Assembly: GCA_963726255.1 (NCBI GenBank)
Contig: CAVSBL010000002.1
Span: 736,001-800,000, forward strand
Length of the DNA: 64,000 nt
From: Candidatus Bathyarchaeota archaeon
GTDB lineage: Archaea; Thermoproteota; Bathyarchaeia; 40CM-2-53-6
Reading direction: 5' to 3'
Shown: piece after piece, positions 1 to 9,701 of the stretch
Layout of the letters: each line of letters starts with the position of its first letter
Numbering within the stretch: the stretch's first letter is position 1
Notes under the pieces: model-generated
Seen by the model: only the letters and a program-made list of their open reading frames with translations
Databases searched by the model: none
What the model was told of the DNA's origin: nothing
Program-made: the position numbers and the translations under genes

Positions 1-1851
1 GTCGTCGGTGTGAGCCTTTCGTAACTCGTCAACGGCGCTCAATTCCGAAGCCCATAATCGATGCGATTCTGAGATCGTTTCAGCCGCGGCCCTTGGGCTC
101 AGAATTCGCTGCATCCTGAACAATCGTGTGATTTTCGCTGCGTCAACCTCTTCGTGCAGAAATCTTCTGAATTTCCTTAGGTGAATCTCCACAACTTCGT
201 TCCATTCACGGTCGTTCAACGGTGGGTGCACGTAGAATACGTTTGGCTCGAACCGATCTCTTGTGGCTTGGTCGATTAGGTTCTCTTTGTTGGATGCAGC
301 TATTACTACAATTCCTTCGTCAGGTTTGATCTCGCTCAATTCTGCCTTCACTTGCGCAAGAATCTTATTGCCTGCTGGGTCAGCACCCCAAAAAATCGCG
401 TCAGCTTCGTCGAGAAAGAGAATGCACGGCGTTCGTTGCCTTGCCAGTGCGAATAGGTCTTTGATCCGTTTCTCGGGCTCGCCGATGTAACTGGCGCCGC
501 TCATCAGTTCCCCTCCCCTGACTTTGATGAAGGCGACACGGTTCTCAGCAGCAGCCACTAGCGCCAGGAGCGTCTTACCTGTCCCGGGAGGGCCGAAGAG
601 CAAGAATCTACAATTGGAAGCGTAACCGAGCTGCGACATTTTCGGGTTGAACGCGAGGGAAATGTGGTTCAGCACTTTGTTCTTGACGTCGTGAAGGCCG
701 CCGATGTCTTCTCTGGAAACCTTTGGGGTCACAATGTATACTGCGTCCATTATTTCCTGGGACTTTTCCCTTTCAGCATAGAACTTCATTGTGTGCGCTG
801 CCTGGGCGAAATCCTCCAAGCTTACCTTGTACCTTGGTTTAGTCCACTTGGACAAGGGGCCAGGCACGGACCTTCGGATCGCTTCGAGTAGTGGTACTTC
901 CTTGGCGCGCTTCACTTCCCTGAACACGCTAAGGATGTCATTAGGAGTGATCGAACCGTGCCTGCGCAGTACAGCTTCTCTTTCCAAGATTTCCTGTATC
1001 TCTGTCGCCGATACCCCGCGCCAACTCTCGTCCGACAACCTGTGCGTGATAATAGCTAACAACATATCGTGGGTAACGCCCGAGTCAAGGTCGACGCGCG
1101 AGAGGCGACGGCGAATGTCTTCACGGGTTTGTTCGTAGGAATTTGTGGCGACTATTACCAAGGTGCGTGCGTCGCTGCTTAAGATCTTGTCCAGCCACCT
1201 GTTTATTTCGTCCTGCACACGCGTGTCTTCGAGCTCAGTGCCCGTATCTCCCCTTACCTTCCGGCCGAAGCTCTGGAATTCGTCGATGTAAATGACAGAG
1301 GGTGTGGAGGCAGCACGCTCCAAGAGGCGACCTAACTGTTTGGTGCTTCTCCCGTAATACTCTGAAAAAACGTCGGATCCTTTGATGATTATCGGTGAGA
1401 GCAGTACACCATTCGTGTGAGCTTCCAGCAACATTTGCTTTAGAGAAACCATAGTAAGGAAAGTCTTCCCAGTCCCGCTTTCGCCCGTCAGGCAGATGGC
1501 CTTCGGGAGCTCGTCCTTATCGAACCATTTCCGCAGCATTGGATGCTTCAGGACATGAAGCCTGAATGAATCCAAGAGGAGATTATACTCCTTTTCGCGC
1601 CCAATCAACTTGACTGGTGAGAATTTGTTTGGCGGATAGAGCTTATCCAAGTGCTGTTGTATCTTTCTGAACTTTCTCGGCGATATTCGCGATTTTCGCC
1701 ATTTCATGAAATCTCTATCGACGGCTCGTAGTGGGACGTAGTTCAGCCAGCGAAGTACGCTGAATTTGCGCCACCATTCCACGTCTGCCTGCGGCTCTAA
1801 GTCCGGTTGTTCGTATCGCTCCATATCCTCGAGTTGATTTGGCATAGTCAT
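1..1851 (-). CDS. Tandem AAA+ ATPase (two classic-clade AAA modules, CDC48/VAT-like but no recognisable N domain); 3' end runs off the window
   Basis: Not in the ORF track. Manual translation from ATG 1851 (or 1845): MTMPNQLEDMERYEQ...; D1 Walker A ICLTGESGTGKT, Walker B VIYIDEF; D2 Walker A LLFGPPGTGKTLLA, Walker B CILFLDEAD, then VIAASN...RDRF. Start overlaps the upstream stop (ATGA). Confidence 0.9.
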   Translation of the reverse strand, partial: MTMPNQLEDMERYEQPDLEPQADVEWWRKFSVLRWLNYVPLRAVDRDFMKWRKSRISPRKFRKIQQHLDKLYPPNKFSPVKLIGREKEYNLLLDSFRLHVLKHPMLRKWFDKDELPKAICLTGESGTGKTFLTMVSLKQMLLEAHTNGVLLSPIIIKGSDVFSEYYGRSTKQLGRLLERAASTPSVIYIDEFQSFGRKVRGDTGTELEDTRVQDEINRWLDKILSSDARTLVIVATNSYEQTREDIRRRLSRVDLDSGVTHDMLLAIITHRLSDESWRGVSATEIQEILEREAVLRRHGSITPNDILSVFREVKRAKEVPLLEAIRRSVPGPLSKWTKPRYKVSLEDFAQAAHTMKFYAEREKSQEIMDAVYIVTPKVSREDIGGLHDVKNKVLNHISLAFNPKMSQLGYASNCRFLLFGPPGTGKTLLALVAAAENRVAFIKVRGGELMSGASYIGEPEKRIKDLFALARQRTPCILFLDEADAIFWGADPAGNKILAQVKAELSEIKPDEGIVVIAASNKENLIDQATRDRFEPNVFYVHPPLNDREWNEVVEIHLRKFRRFLHEEVDAAKITRLFRMQRILSPRAAAETISESHRLWASELSAVDELRKAHTDD

Positions 1852-2732
1852 TCGTCCTGCACTGGTTTGAGGTCGAAAGCCTTTTCGAGAGTGAATCGGA
1901 GGAGGTACACGATCATAATCGCTCCAACTGCGAAACCGATGACGAAAAGATCCCAAAGAGAGAGTAGCTCTACTGATGCAAGGAACATGAAACGGAGTAC
2001 GAACAGTAAGAGGAGTTCTCCACCCATGATGGCAACAATTGCAGCGAATGAAACGACCAGAAACTTGTATACTACATCGAGCCAGAGGTATGCCTTATCC
2101 CCGACGTCAAACCGCTGTCCAGAGGCCTCTTTCTTCTTAGACTCGCGTGCGATCCATATTCCGCCAACAGCAAAGAACTGCACACCTAGCGCAAAGTAAA
2201 GTGCCTTCACCCATAGCGGAAACGCTTGCCCAAATTTCCCAATCCATCCCACAAAGCTGTCCCACGGCGAGACGGATGGGATAACAGTTGCATGCGTGTC
2301 CGGACGAGGGTTGAAGATGGCGTTTACGTCAAGTTCAAACGCGCCGCCCGACATGTAGTATGTTGTGTTATTATTCCCGGGCGCGCTCAAATCTGAAGGC
2401 TTGGTGAGCAAATTGACTTGGTACTCAGTAGGGTAGTCGAAAATGAACTTGAGCTCGAAGTTGCTTGCGTTGAGTGCTTGAATTTCAAAGTCTGCGGTCG
2501 GATAATCGGCAGGTCTGGTCAGGTTGGTAGCCGAAAGGTTGCCTTGAATGAACACCTGTTGAATGCTTGCCCTGTCACTTTGGACGACGAGGAAATCGCC
2601 CGTGTACAGTTGCACATCTTGTGTGCGGGTCACGGTTTGACCTGCGACCGTGGTTTGCAAGCCAGCGAATACAACTGCAATAAAGAGGACCGCGACACAT
2701 GGCAAAATGCGTGGTCCGATCCTTGAGCTCAA
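1848..2732 (-). CDS. Hypothetical membrane protein (signal peptide, extracellular beta-rich domain, about 3 C-terminal TM helices)
   Basis: 294 aa ORF; hydrophobic N-terminus and C-terminal hydrophobic segments; stop overlaps the AAA ATPase start. Confidence 0.75.
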   Translation of the reverse strand: MSSRIGPRILPCVAVLFIAVVFAGLQTTVAGQTVTRTQDVQLYTGDFLVVQSDRASIQQVFIQGNLSATNLTRPADYPTADFEIQALNASNFELKFIFDYPTEYQVNLLTKPSDLSAPGNNNTTYYMSGGAFELDVNAIFNPRPDTHATVIPSVSPWDSFVGWIGKFGQAFPLWVKALYFALGVQFFAVGGIWIARESKKKEASGQRFDVGDKAYLWLDVVYKFLVVSFAAIVAIMGGELLLLFVLRFMFLASVELLSLWDLFVIGFAVGAIMIVYLLRFTLEKAFDLKPVQDE

Positions 2733-2816
2733 GGCTAACCGCTCTGAGTGAACTGTTACTTCCGTCCTCAGGAGGCGGTCAGTATATTAATGTTCTGTTA
2801 ATGGAACACTAATGTT

Positions 2817-3038
2817 TCAACGTTTCTCTGTCCCAGCACCCTCATCATCGAGCTCAAGAACCACCGGGCCCACGTAGCCGCACTCCTCGCACGCGTAGAC
2901 TGCCGGCAACAACCAGCCACTCAACGACCCCTGCTGCTTCACCTTCATACTTCCACACACCGGACATATCTGTGGTGCAGGACCCGAATGTTTGAGATTC
3001 TTCATCGTATCGAAGAAACTGCTCAACGCAAACGCCAT
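2817..3038 (-). CDS. Small zinc-ribbon protein
   Basis: CPVCGS...YACEECGY; 12 nt downstream of sui1 on the same strand. Confidence 0.75.
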   Translation of the reverse strand: MAFALSSFFDTMKNLKHSGPAPQICPVCGSMKVKQQGSLSGWLLPAVYACEECGYVGPVVLELDDEGAGTEKR

Positions 3039-3050
3039 CGAATCTGGCTC

Positions 3051-3359
3051 TCAATGAATCTCGATTGAACTTTCAGGAAAGCCGGTCTGTACCAGCAGTT
3101 TCTTGACTTTATTCCGATGGTCTCCCTGAAGCATTATCAGGCCGTCTTTGGCGGTTCCGCCGCATGCACAATAGGTCTTCAGCTTTGCGCCAAGGTCATC
3201 GAGGTTAACGCTCTTCGAGTTTATGCCCTCGATAATTGTCGTCGCCTTGCCCCATTTCCTAGTCTCGAGGCGGACCTTTACAAGTTGCTGCTCCATGCTG
3301 ATGGTTCCGCAGACGCAGAGATCTTTAGGAAGCCCACAGGTAGGGCATACTTCCGCCAT
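3051..3359 (-). CDS. sui1: Translation initiation factor aIF1 (SUI1)
   Basis: MAEVCPTCGLPKDLCVC...RKWGKATTIIEG...LKTYCACGGTAKDG.IMLQGDHR; ATG 3359 preferred over TTG 3371. Confidence 0.95.
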   Translation of the reverse strand: MAEVCPTCGLPKDLCVCGTISMEQQLVKVRLETRKWGKATTIIEGINSKSVNLDDLGAKLKTYCACGGTAKDGLIMLQGDHRNKVKKLLVQTGFPESSIEIH

Positions 3360-3407
3360 TATTTCGTTCAATTACTCCTTTCTTAGTGAATTGGAGTACG
3401 GTCCAAA

Positions 3408-3418
3408 TTATATTTAAG
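3408..3418. promoter_or_regulatory. Putative TATA box between divergent sui1 and RDD genes
   Basis: TTATATTTAAG in a short divergent intergenic region. Confidence 0.4.
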
Positions 3419-3505
3419 AGTATGTCTGAACCCATGAATTTGCATTCATCGAAAGTCATTCTGGAAGCGATCCGTCGATTGAACAACCACCAGACAATGA
3501 TCGCC

Positions 3506-4030
3506 ATGGCTCACGAAGACGGACGTGAAGTAACCATCGAGACATTATCCACGCCACCAACTCACATTTCTCCGGCTCCATTGCTGAGACGAGTGACGGC
3601 AGGAATTGTCGACTCGTTCATCGTAACCATACTAGGGCTCGTCCTCACTGGAAGATTGAACGAATTCTCAAGCATGTTGACAATCGCAGGTGCAGCGTCT
3701 ACGCTGCCGACGACGTTCGTCTACCTGGGCATCGTTACGCTGGTTTACTACTTTCTGTTGGAATGGCTCTTCGCTTCGACAATCGGCAAGTCCGTGCTAA
3801 GACTTCGGGTTGTGGGAAGGGATGGAGATCCATGCACGCTAGGTGCTTCCCTCAAGAGAAACATCCTGCGCCCCATAGATTGGTTGCCATTTTTCTACGT
3901 CATCGGTGCCATTGCCATCTTGTCATCTCACGATCGACAGAGAGTTGGAGATAGAATCGCAGCGACCATAGTCACGAAAGCTCCAGAAAAGGACATAAAT
4001 CCGCCTCCGGCACCTTTCCTTTTTCATTGA
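3506..4030 (+). CDS. RDD family membrane protein
   Basis: APLLRRVTAGIVD...TIGKSVLRLRVV...RNILRPID...RQRVGDRIAATIV; start probably 3497/3506 rather than 3386. Confidence 0.9.
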   Translation: MAHEDGREVTIETLSTPPTHISPAPLLRRVTAGIVDSFIVTILGLVLTGRLNEFSSMLTIAGAASTLPTTFVYLGIVTLVYYFLLEWLFASTIGKSVLRLRVVGRDGDPCTLGASLKRNILRPIDWLPFFYVIGAIAILSSHDRQRVGDRIAATIVTKAPEKDINPPPAPFLFH

Positions 4031-4052
4031 GCCCATGCAGATTTGAGCGGCG

Positions 4053-5228
4053 TTGCCCGCAAACCTCACAGCTGAAGCTCAGGCTAAATGGCAGGAAGCG
4101 CAGCTAGCCACCAATCCCAGAGAGAAGCTTCGAGCATACCAGGAGTTTCTCTCAGCCATACCTAAGCATAAGGGAAACGAACGACTGCAAGCCCAAATCA
4201 AGACAAAGATCGCAGATCTCAAGGAAGAGCTTGCGCTTCAGCGCGGTAAACGTGCTGCGGGTCGGCCAGGCTGGACCATCGAGCGCGAAGGAGCTGCGCA
4301 AGTCATGGTCTTTGGGCCGACCAAAGCAGGACGCAGTAGCCTTCTCCGGTCGCTCACAAACGCGCAAGTCACCGTCGCCTCTTATGAATACACGACTCAA
4401 AGGCCTGTCCCGGGAATGCTCCGGTACGAAGACATTCAGCTTCAGTTAGTTGAATTGCCTGCACCACAACTCGGCCGCGACGCCCGCTATCAGATTGAGC
4501 CCGAGGCTTTGGATCTGATTAGATCTTCCGACGGCCTCATCATAGTCGTGGATATGTCGGCCAATCCAACCGGCCAATTCCGCTCCGTGCTTGAATCTCT
4601 CGAAAGGGCTCGCATCTCTACGCAGAGACCGCTGTCGAGGGTAGAAATAGTGCGAGAGAAAGGTTCCGGGGAGATCCGCATCGCAACATCAGGCCATCAA
4701 AAGTCCTGTACGCCCGCCCAAATAAGAGAACTCTTGCACAGCTACGGCATAAGGAACGCGCTCGTGAGAATCTACGGAGACGCTTCTGCAGATGATGTGG
4801 AAGACGCGATCTTCGAAAACGTTATGATTTACAAGCCAACGGTGGTCATCGCCAACAAAATCGACCTAGTCGATGTCACCCAGACTCGGATCGAGCTCGC
4901 AACGGAGCATGCCCCGGCGTTAAGATGTGTTTTCACTTCGTGTTTGACTGCAAAGGGGCTCAGCGAGGTTGGTGAAGCCCTCTTTCACGGTCTGGGAATC
5001 ATAAGAGTCTACACGAAGGAACCTAACGAACCACGGCCTTCGAAATCCCCCTTCGTTGTTCGAGCGGGGACAACCGTCGGCGAATTGGCTCGGCGCATTC
5101 ATACTGATCTGGCTGACAGATATCGATACTCACGGATCTGGGGGCCGACCAGCAAATTCGCGGGTGAAAGGGTCGGCCCAGAACACGAGCTTGCTGACCA
5201 GGATATTGTGGAAATCCACACGGCCTAG
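4053..5228 (+). CDS. DRG/OBG-family GTPase with C-terminal TGS domain
   Basis: MPANL, PKHKGNE, G1 GPTKAGRSS, YEYTT, NKID, TGS (IRVYTKEP...GERVGPEHELADQDIVEIH). Confidence 0.9.
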   Translation: MPANLTAEAQAKWQEAQLATNPREKLRAYQEFLSAIPKHKGNERLQAQIKTKIADLKEELALQRGKRAAGRPGWTIEREGAAQVMVFGPTKAGRSSLLRSLTNAQVTVASYEYTTQRPVPGMLRYEDIQLQLVELPAPQLGRDARYQIEPEALDLIRSSDGLIIVVDMSANPTGQFRSVLESLERARISTQRPLSRVEIVREKGSGEIRIATSGHQKSCTPAQIRELLHSYGIRNALVRIYGDASADDVEDAIFENVMIYKPTVVIANKIDLVDVTQTRIELATEHAPALRCVFTSCLTAKGLSEVGEALFHGLGIIRVYTKEPNEPRPSKSPFVVRAGTTVGELARRIHTDLADRYRYSRIWGPTSKFAGERVGPEHELADQDIVEIHTA

Positions 5229-5658
5229 GCAGGAAATGCTGACCGGTGGAGAATCTAGATTCTAGCGCGTCGACGTCTTCTGAAGTTCTTGATACGCCAG
5301 AAACCACTTGAATCGCGGTAATATTCCATGACTTCCATTTTGCATCGCCCTGACATTATGGACTATTTGTGACTTAGCGATTTCACCATTGAACGTCTGG
5401 GATTTCTTGACCGTGAAACAGAAAACGATGCCGCGGGTTGCAGATTCCAAGCAATACGTGGCCTTAGCCAAACTTTCGATTGATGCAAGGCACTAAAGAT
5501 TATGAGGCACCGGGGGGCAGCCGGGTATCCGCATTGTGTTGTTTGAGTGAATTTGCTTTGGTTGTTTAGCCACTGTAAAGCAGGCACGTTACCGAAAGTC
5601 AGGCGATACGAAGATGTCTAGAAACTTCGTGAAAAGCATCAAGATAATTCGTTATGAA

Positions 5659-8043
5659 TTATCGTCTTAATGCGCCGAGAATTCCGCCCACGACGCCAAG
5701 TACGAAACCGGCGACAAAGCCTCCGCCGATTATGATGCTGAACACGGCGAACGGAAAGATGATCACATCAGCGATCGCTCCATGCCCCATCACCATAATG
5801 ATGGAAGCCATGATTATCGTTAGGCCAATGATGACGCCAATTGCGAAGGCGTATGATTGCCCTATTGCTGGCAGCCAGAAGAATATAGCGGACCAATTCA
5901 CGGGAGGCCCGTAGAATGACGGCGCGAGCAACGCTGCACTATTGAGCAGAACCAAGATTCCGGAAACAAGGCAAAGCGAAAATCCAACAACACTTCCTCT
6001 TCTGCGCGCGCTCACCGCAGCGACTCTAGGCGGGCCTCGCGCGAGTATAACTTGCGGCCTTCCGCAGAACGGGCAAAATACTGCTTGCAGGGGCATCATT
6101 CTCCCGCAATTCCGGCAGCGCACAGTGGGGAGCGGCATGACGTATTGCGCCCGCGGCCGCATCCTTCTAGGGCCTTTCCTCGAGAACCAGAATGCGAGCA
6201 GACCTAACCCTATTGACAGAAAGAGGAGCATCAGCACGATCAGGTAGATTAGATAGTTGAAAGCGGGCGTTGGGACATCGAGCACGACGTCAGCAGTATG
6301 AACCTGTGCGCCGCTTGTTCCAACCACCGTGATCGTGTAATTACCTGCAGCTAACGATGTGTCCGGGCAGAGCAGAAGTGAGGAGGATGCTGAGCCACCC
6401 TCTGGTGGTGTAACAGAAGAACTAGGATTGAAGCTTCCCGAGACATGCGAAGGCAGGTTATTCAGAGTGAGGTCGACAGGCGAGCTGAAATTGCCGAGAG
6501 AGGTAACTGTAACGGTGACGTTCCCGCACTGTCCCTGATTGACTACAACAGGGTTCGGGTTAACAGCGACTGCAAAGTCTGAGACGGGAGTAACAGTCAG
6601 CGTCACGGTGACACTATGCGTGATCAGAGGCAAGGTCGAAGTTCCGGTGAGCGTGATGGTATACGTTCCTGGGGGCGTACTGAATGACGTTGGAATTGTC
6701 AACGTTGCGGATACGGCTCCCCCGGAACTGGTTGTCACTGATGAAGGATCGATGCTGGCTTGCGTTCCTGGTGGCAGTCCTCCGGTGACCTGCAGGTTCA
6801 CAAGAGAGCTGAGGGTACCAATCTGGGTCACACTCACAGTGTATGTTGCTGTGTTGCCTTGTGGAACACTTTGTGTCACTGGCGTTGCTGAAAGGATAAA
6901 GTCAAAAGGTTGCGGGCCGTGAACGAACTTATCCCCGTAAATTTCGTAGGTCGCATAGTAACCGTTTAGGTCTGCATAGGTTGGGTACAGCTGCTGGTAG
7001 GGTTGGAATGCCAAGCCTTCGACTACGCCGTTGCCGTATGGAAAGTAGAAGGCGAGAATCGCGTACGGGACCTGAGGGTGTGGGTAACCATAATTCTTGG
7101 TGTCCATGAGAATTCTGACATCGCCAGCGTGTGCCGGCTGTACTGCCGTCGGCACCCATTGGCCCGCTCCGGCTTCAGTCAAGATCTTTGCGGTGTTCGG
7201 GGTTGGGCCAGGATTGTAGTATTGACTGGGGAACTCAGGATTGAACCCCCCTCTTGGCGGATTATAGACTGTAATAGTTGGGGTGGATGCTATTCCACTT
7301 GCTCCCAGTTGCATGTAGCCCGGAAAAGTTGAGTTGAGGTCGAGCAGTGCTGCATCAGTAAACATTACTTCGTTTCCTGCTTGTACGTGAGTGGAAATCG
7401 TGTTGTAGACGGCTTGGATCTGGGCGCGGCGGTCAGGCGCGTATGGTATTGGATTGCCGTACCATCCTGGGCTGTCAAGAACGATAAGCGTGAATTGATT
7501 TATCAGCGAAGGATCAGCTAGTATCTGATCTGTGGTCACCTGAGTGTAGCTTATTCCCATCCTCGTGAGCGTAAGGAAGGTCTTCCCCCAATAACCATCT
7601 CCGATCACGAGAATTTTCGTTGGCTCCCTCACGAAGAAAATCTTGTTCGAGGTGAGAGGAGATACCAGATGCGTGACAGTTACCTTTGAAAAGGTGGAAT
7701 TGTTCGACATCGTATTAATCGCGGAATCATAAGATGAATCAATAAGGAATGGCCCACCTTGGTACACATCGCCGCCAGGAGTCAGCTGCGTTTGCAATGT
7801 GACATCAGGCGGCTCAATAACGCGCGCAACAAGAGAGCCGGGGTTATTCCTCAAAAACTCATGAATTAGCCCGTAAACATGAATCCTGTCGTTCTGCTTG
7901 CCATCCATTGGGACGACGATTGTCCCCGCTGGAAAAGTAGCCGACGCTAACGGAGCAATGACCGCCGATACCGGGGTTAGCGCTGGTGTTAGGAGCGCCA
8001 ACGCCAAGATGAGGCACGCGACTAGGTTTCGGGTGGCTTTCAT
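5659..8043 (-). CDS. Large cell-surface protein: signal peptide, alpha/beta domain, two Ig-like repeats, TM helix, zinc ribbon, about 3 further TM helices
   Basis: 794 aa; repeats FDFILSATP.../SDFAVAVNP... with GTYTITLTGTS/GNYTITVVGTS; CRNC-x10-CPFC after the TM. Confidence 0.8.
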   Translation of the reverse strand: MKATRNLVACLILALALLTPALTPVSAVIAPLASATFPAGTIVVPMDGKQNDRIHVYGLIHEFLRNNPGSLVARVIEPPDVTLQTQLTPGGDVYQGGPFLIDSSYDSAINTMSNNSTFSKVTVTHLVSPLTSNKIFFVREPTKILVIGDGYWGKTFLTLTRMGISYTQVTTDQILADPSLINQFTLIVLDSPGWYGNPIPYAPDRRAQIQAVYNTISTHVQAGNEVMFTDAALLDLNSTFPGYMQLGASGIASTPTITVYNPPRGGFNPEFPSQYYNPGPTPNTAKILTEAGAGQWVPTAVQPAHAGDVRILMDTKNYGYPHPQVPYAILAFYFPYGNGVVEGLAFQPYQQLYPTYADLNGYYATYEIYGDKFVHGPQPFDFILSATPVTQSVPQGNTATYTVSVTQIGTLSSLVNLQVTGGLPPGTQASIDPSSVTTSSGGAVSATLTIPTSFSTPPGTYTITLTGTSTLPLITHSVTVTLTVTPVSDFAVAVNPNPVVVNQGQCGNVTVTVTSLGNFSSPVDLTLNNLPSHVSGSFNPSSSVTPPEGGSASSSLLLCPDTSLAAGNYTITVVGTSGAQVHTADVVLDVPTPAFNYLIYLIVLMLLFLSIGLGLLAFWFSRKGPRRMRPRAQYVMPLPTVRCRNCGRMMPLQAVFCPFCGRPQVILARGPPRVAAVSARRRGSVVGFSLCLVSGILVLLNSAALLAPSFYGPPVNWSAIFFWLPAIGQSYAFAIGVIIGLTIIMASIIMVMGHGAIADVIIFPFAVFSIIIGGGFVAGFVLGVVGGILGALRR

Positions 8044-8311
8044 AACAGTGCCTCAATTTGATTCATAATCTGGCAATTTTTGGTTTTCGCGGATACTATG
8101 TAACGCATGCACACATTACTTAAGACTTCAGTGCCTCTCCCCATTTCAAACTAATTAATGACCTATATCCTGAGCGGAGAACGCCGAAACATGCCAGCTT
8201 AATCGTCTAAATTATCCCTGGGTTCATATGGGCTCTTTGTCACATAAATGCACGGAACTGTAGAGACTGCCAGAAATACGCGGCATCTTCTATCTCATGC
8301 AGCAGAATCGG

Positions 8312-9475
8312 CTATGGGCCACGTTTGGCCGGTCCATTCTCGGCGCCTAGTTTGGCTCCGCAGTGAATACAATGCACCCATCCTTCCTCTATATCCCCGC
8401 CACAATTCGAACACACAGACACCGGTGCAAATGATTCCGCACTGATCTGGGCGGTTTTCTTACGTCTAAACGCGAGCAGAACCACTTCGCCTAGTACGCC
8501 CGCGGCTATGATAATCGGGAGAATAATCAAATCGCCATATTCAACTGAAAAGTTAGCATAGATTGTCTTTGGCGAGTTCATCGTGAAGTTGATATCGCGA
8601 GATCGGGAAGTGACATCACCCGACCATCCTGAAAAATCATATTTCCCACCCAAGAGCCCTAAAGGCCAAAACATTGAAACGGAATCAAAACCGTGAAGCG
8701 ACACATTCGACTCGGCGTCATACCATTTCTCAGATGAATAGCCTGGCACTGTCGAAGTAACTCGCAACAAGTACTGCGTTCTATAGGAACCTACGACCAG
8801 TGTATCCCTATCCAACGTTAAAATTCTGTGCGTTTGATTATTCCCGTCCTGCCATCCATTGAACATTATGCGCGTCGAGTTCGGGTATTCTAGAAAAGCG
8901 GAAACGGACAAAGGATATTCCGTTCCCACCAGCAAAGAGGCAGTTGCACTCCCGAACTGCGTTGTTGTCTCGGATACGTTGCCTATTGCAACTTCAATCC
9001 CCGGCACCCCTAACTCAACTTGAAGCGTCGCATATCGTGCAACCTTAATCGCCACTTGCCTGAGTCCGGGACCTAAAATCGTGTCATTGTAAAATTTCCA
9101 TACGCCGTTATCAAAGTAATATGCATACGCTGATAGTTCGAGGGTACCTTCGGTTGGTGGGGCAGTAAAGTTGAGGTTCCAGACCTCGTCACCTCCCCCA
9201 CTAACGATTGCAACATCACTCTGCCAAAGAGGAGTGCTCGCGTTTCCCATGCCCTCGAATATGGCCGCCCGGATACTAGCATTCGTGACGATCTCGTACT
9301 CAACGTCTAACTTAACCGAGAACATTTCGCTCGGCGCGACTTGTTTTGGGCAAACAAAGCTTGATATCCGCACTCTGCCGAGGCTTGGCTCCTCAGCAAA
9401 GACTCCAATCGTGCAGAAGGAAAGTACCAAAAAGGCTACAAGGATCACGCATTTTCGAGTCGCCGACAAGGTCAT
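8312..9475 (-). CDS. Surface-anchored protein (Ig-like plus InlB B-repeat-like domains, TM, C-terminal zinc ribbon)
   Basis: Signal peptide; FNGWQDG and FSGWSGD...MNSPKTIYANF repeats; TM then CSNC-x10-CIHC. Confidence 0.75.
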   Translation of the reverse strand: MTLSATRKCVILVAFLVLSFCTIGVFAEEPSLGRVRISSFVCPKQVAPSEMFSVKLDVEYEIVTNASIRAAIFEGMGNASTPLWQSDVAIVSGGGDEVWNLNFTAPPTEGTLELSAYAYYFDNGVWKFYNDTILGPGLRQVAIKVARYATLQVELGVPGIEVAIGNVSETTTQFGSATASLLVGTEYPLSVSAFLEYPNSTRIMFNGWQDGNNQTHRILTLDRDTLVVGSYRTQYLLRVTSTVPGYSSEKWYDAESNVSLHGFDSVSMFWPLGLLGGKYDFSGWSGDVTSRSRDINFTMNSPKTIYANFSVEYGDLIILPIIIAAGVLGEVVLLAFRRKKTAQISAESFAPVSVCSNCGGDIEEGWVHCIHCGAKLGAENGPAKRGP

Positions 9476-9701
9476 TCGCGCCTCCAGTGCAATGGATTCC
9501 CATCGAAAGGTATTACACCCCAGTTTTTTAACACCACTCTAAGTCGTTCATCCGGAGAACTGTGCATTTCGCTCGCGATAATGAACGAAAATTAATGAAA
9601 CCAAGCCAAGATTACTGCATAAGTGAATCTTTAGTTTACATCGGACGAACATGAATGCGGCGAAAACCATGCCGCCGTATGGACGGGGAGGCGCTGACGC
9701 T

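Noticed and set aside
263-1138. Plus-strand ORFs listed in the track
   Set aside because: Antisense shadows of the minus-strand AAA ATPase.
5262-5587. Short ORFs between the GTPase and the surface-protein gene
   Set aside because: No recognisable motifs; cannot be supported, though a small gene is not excluded.
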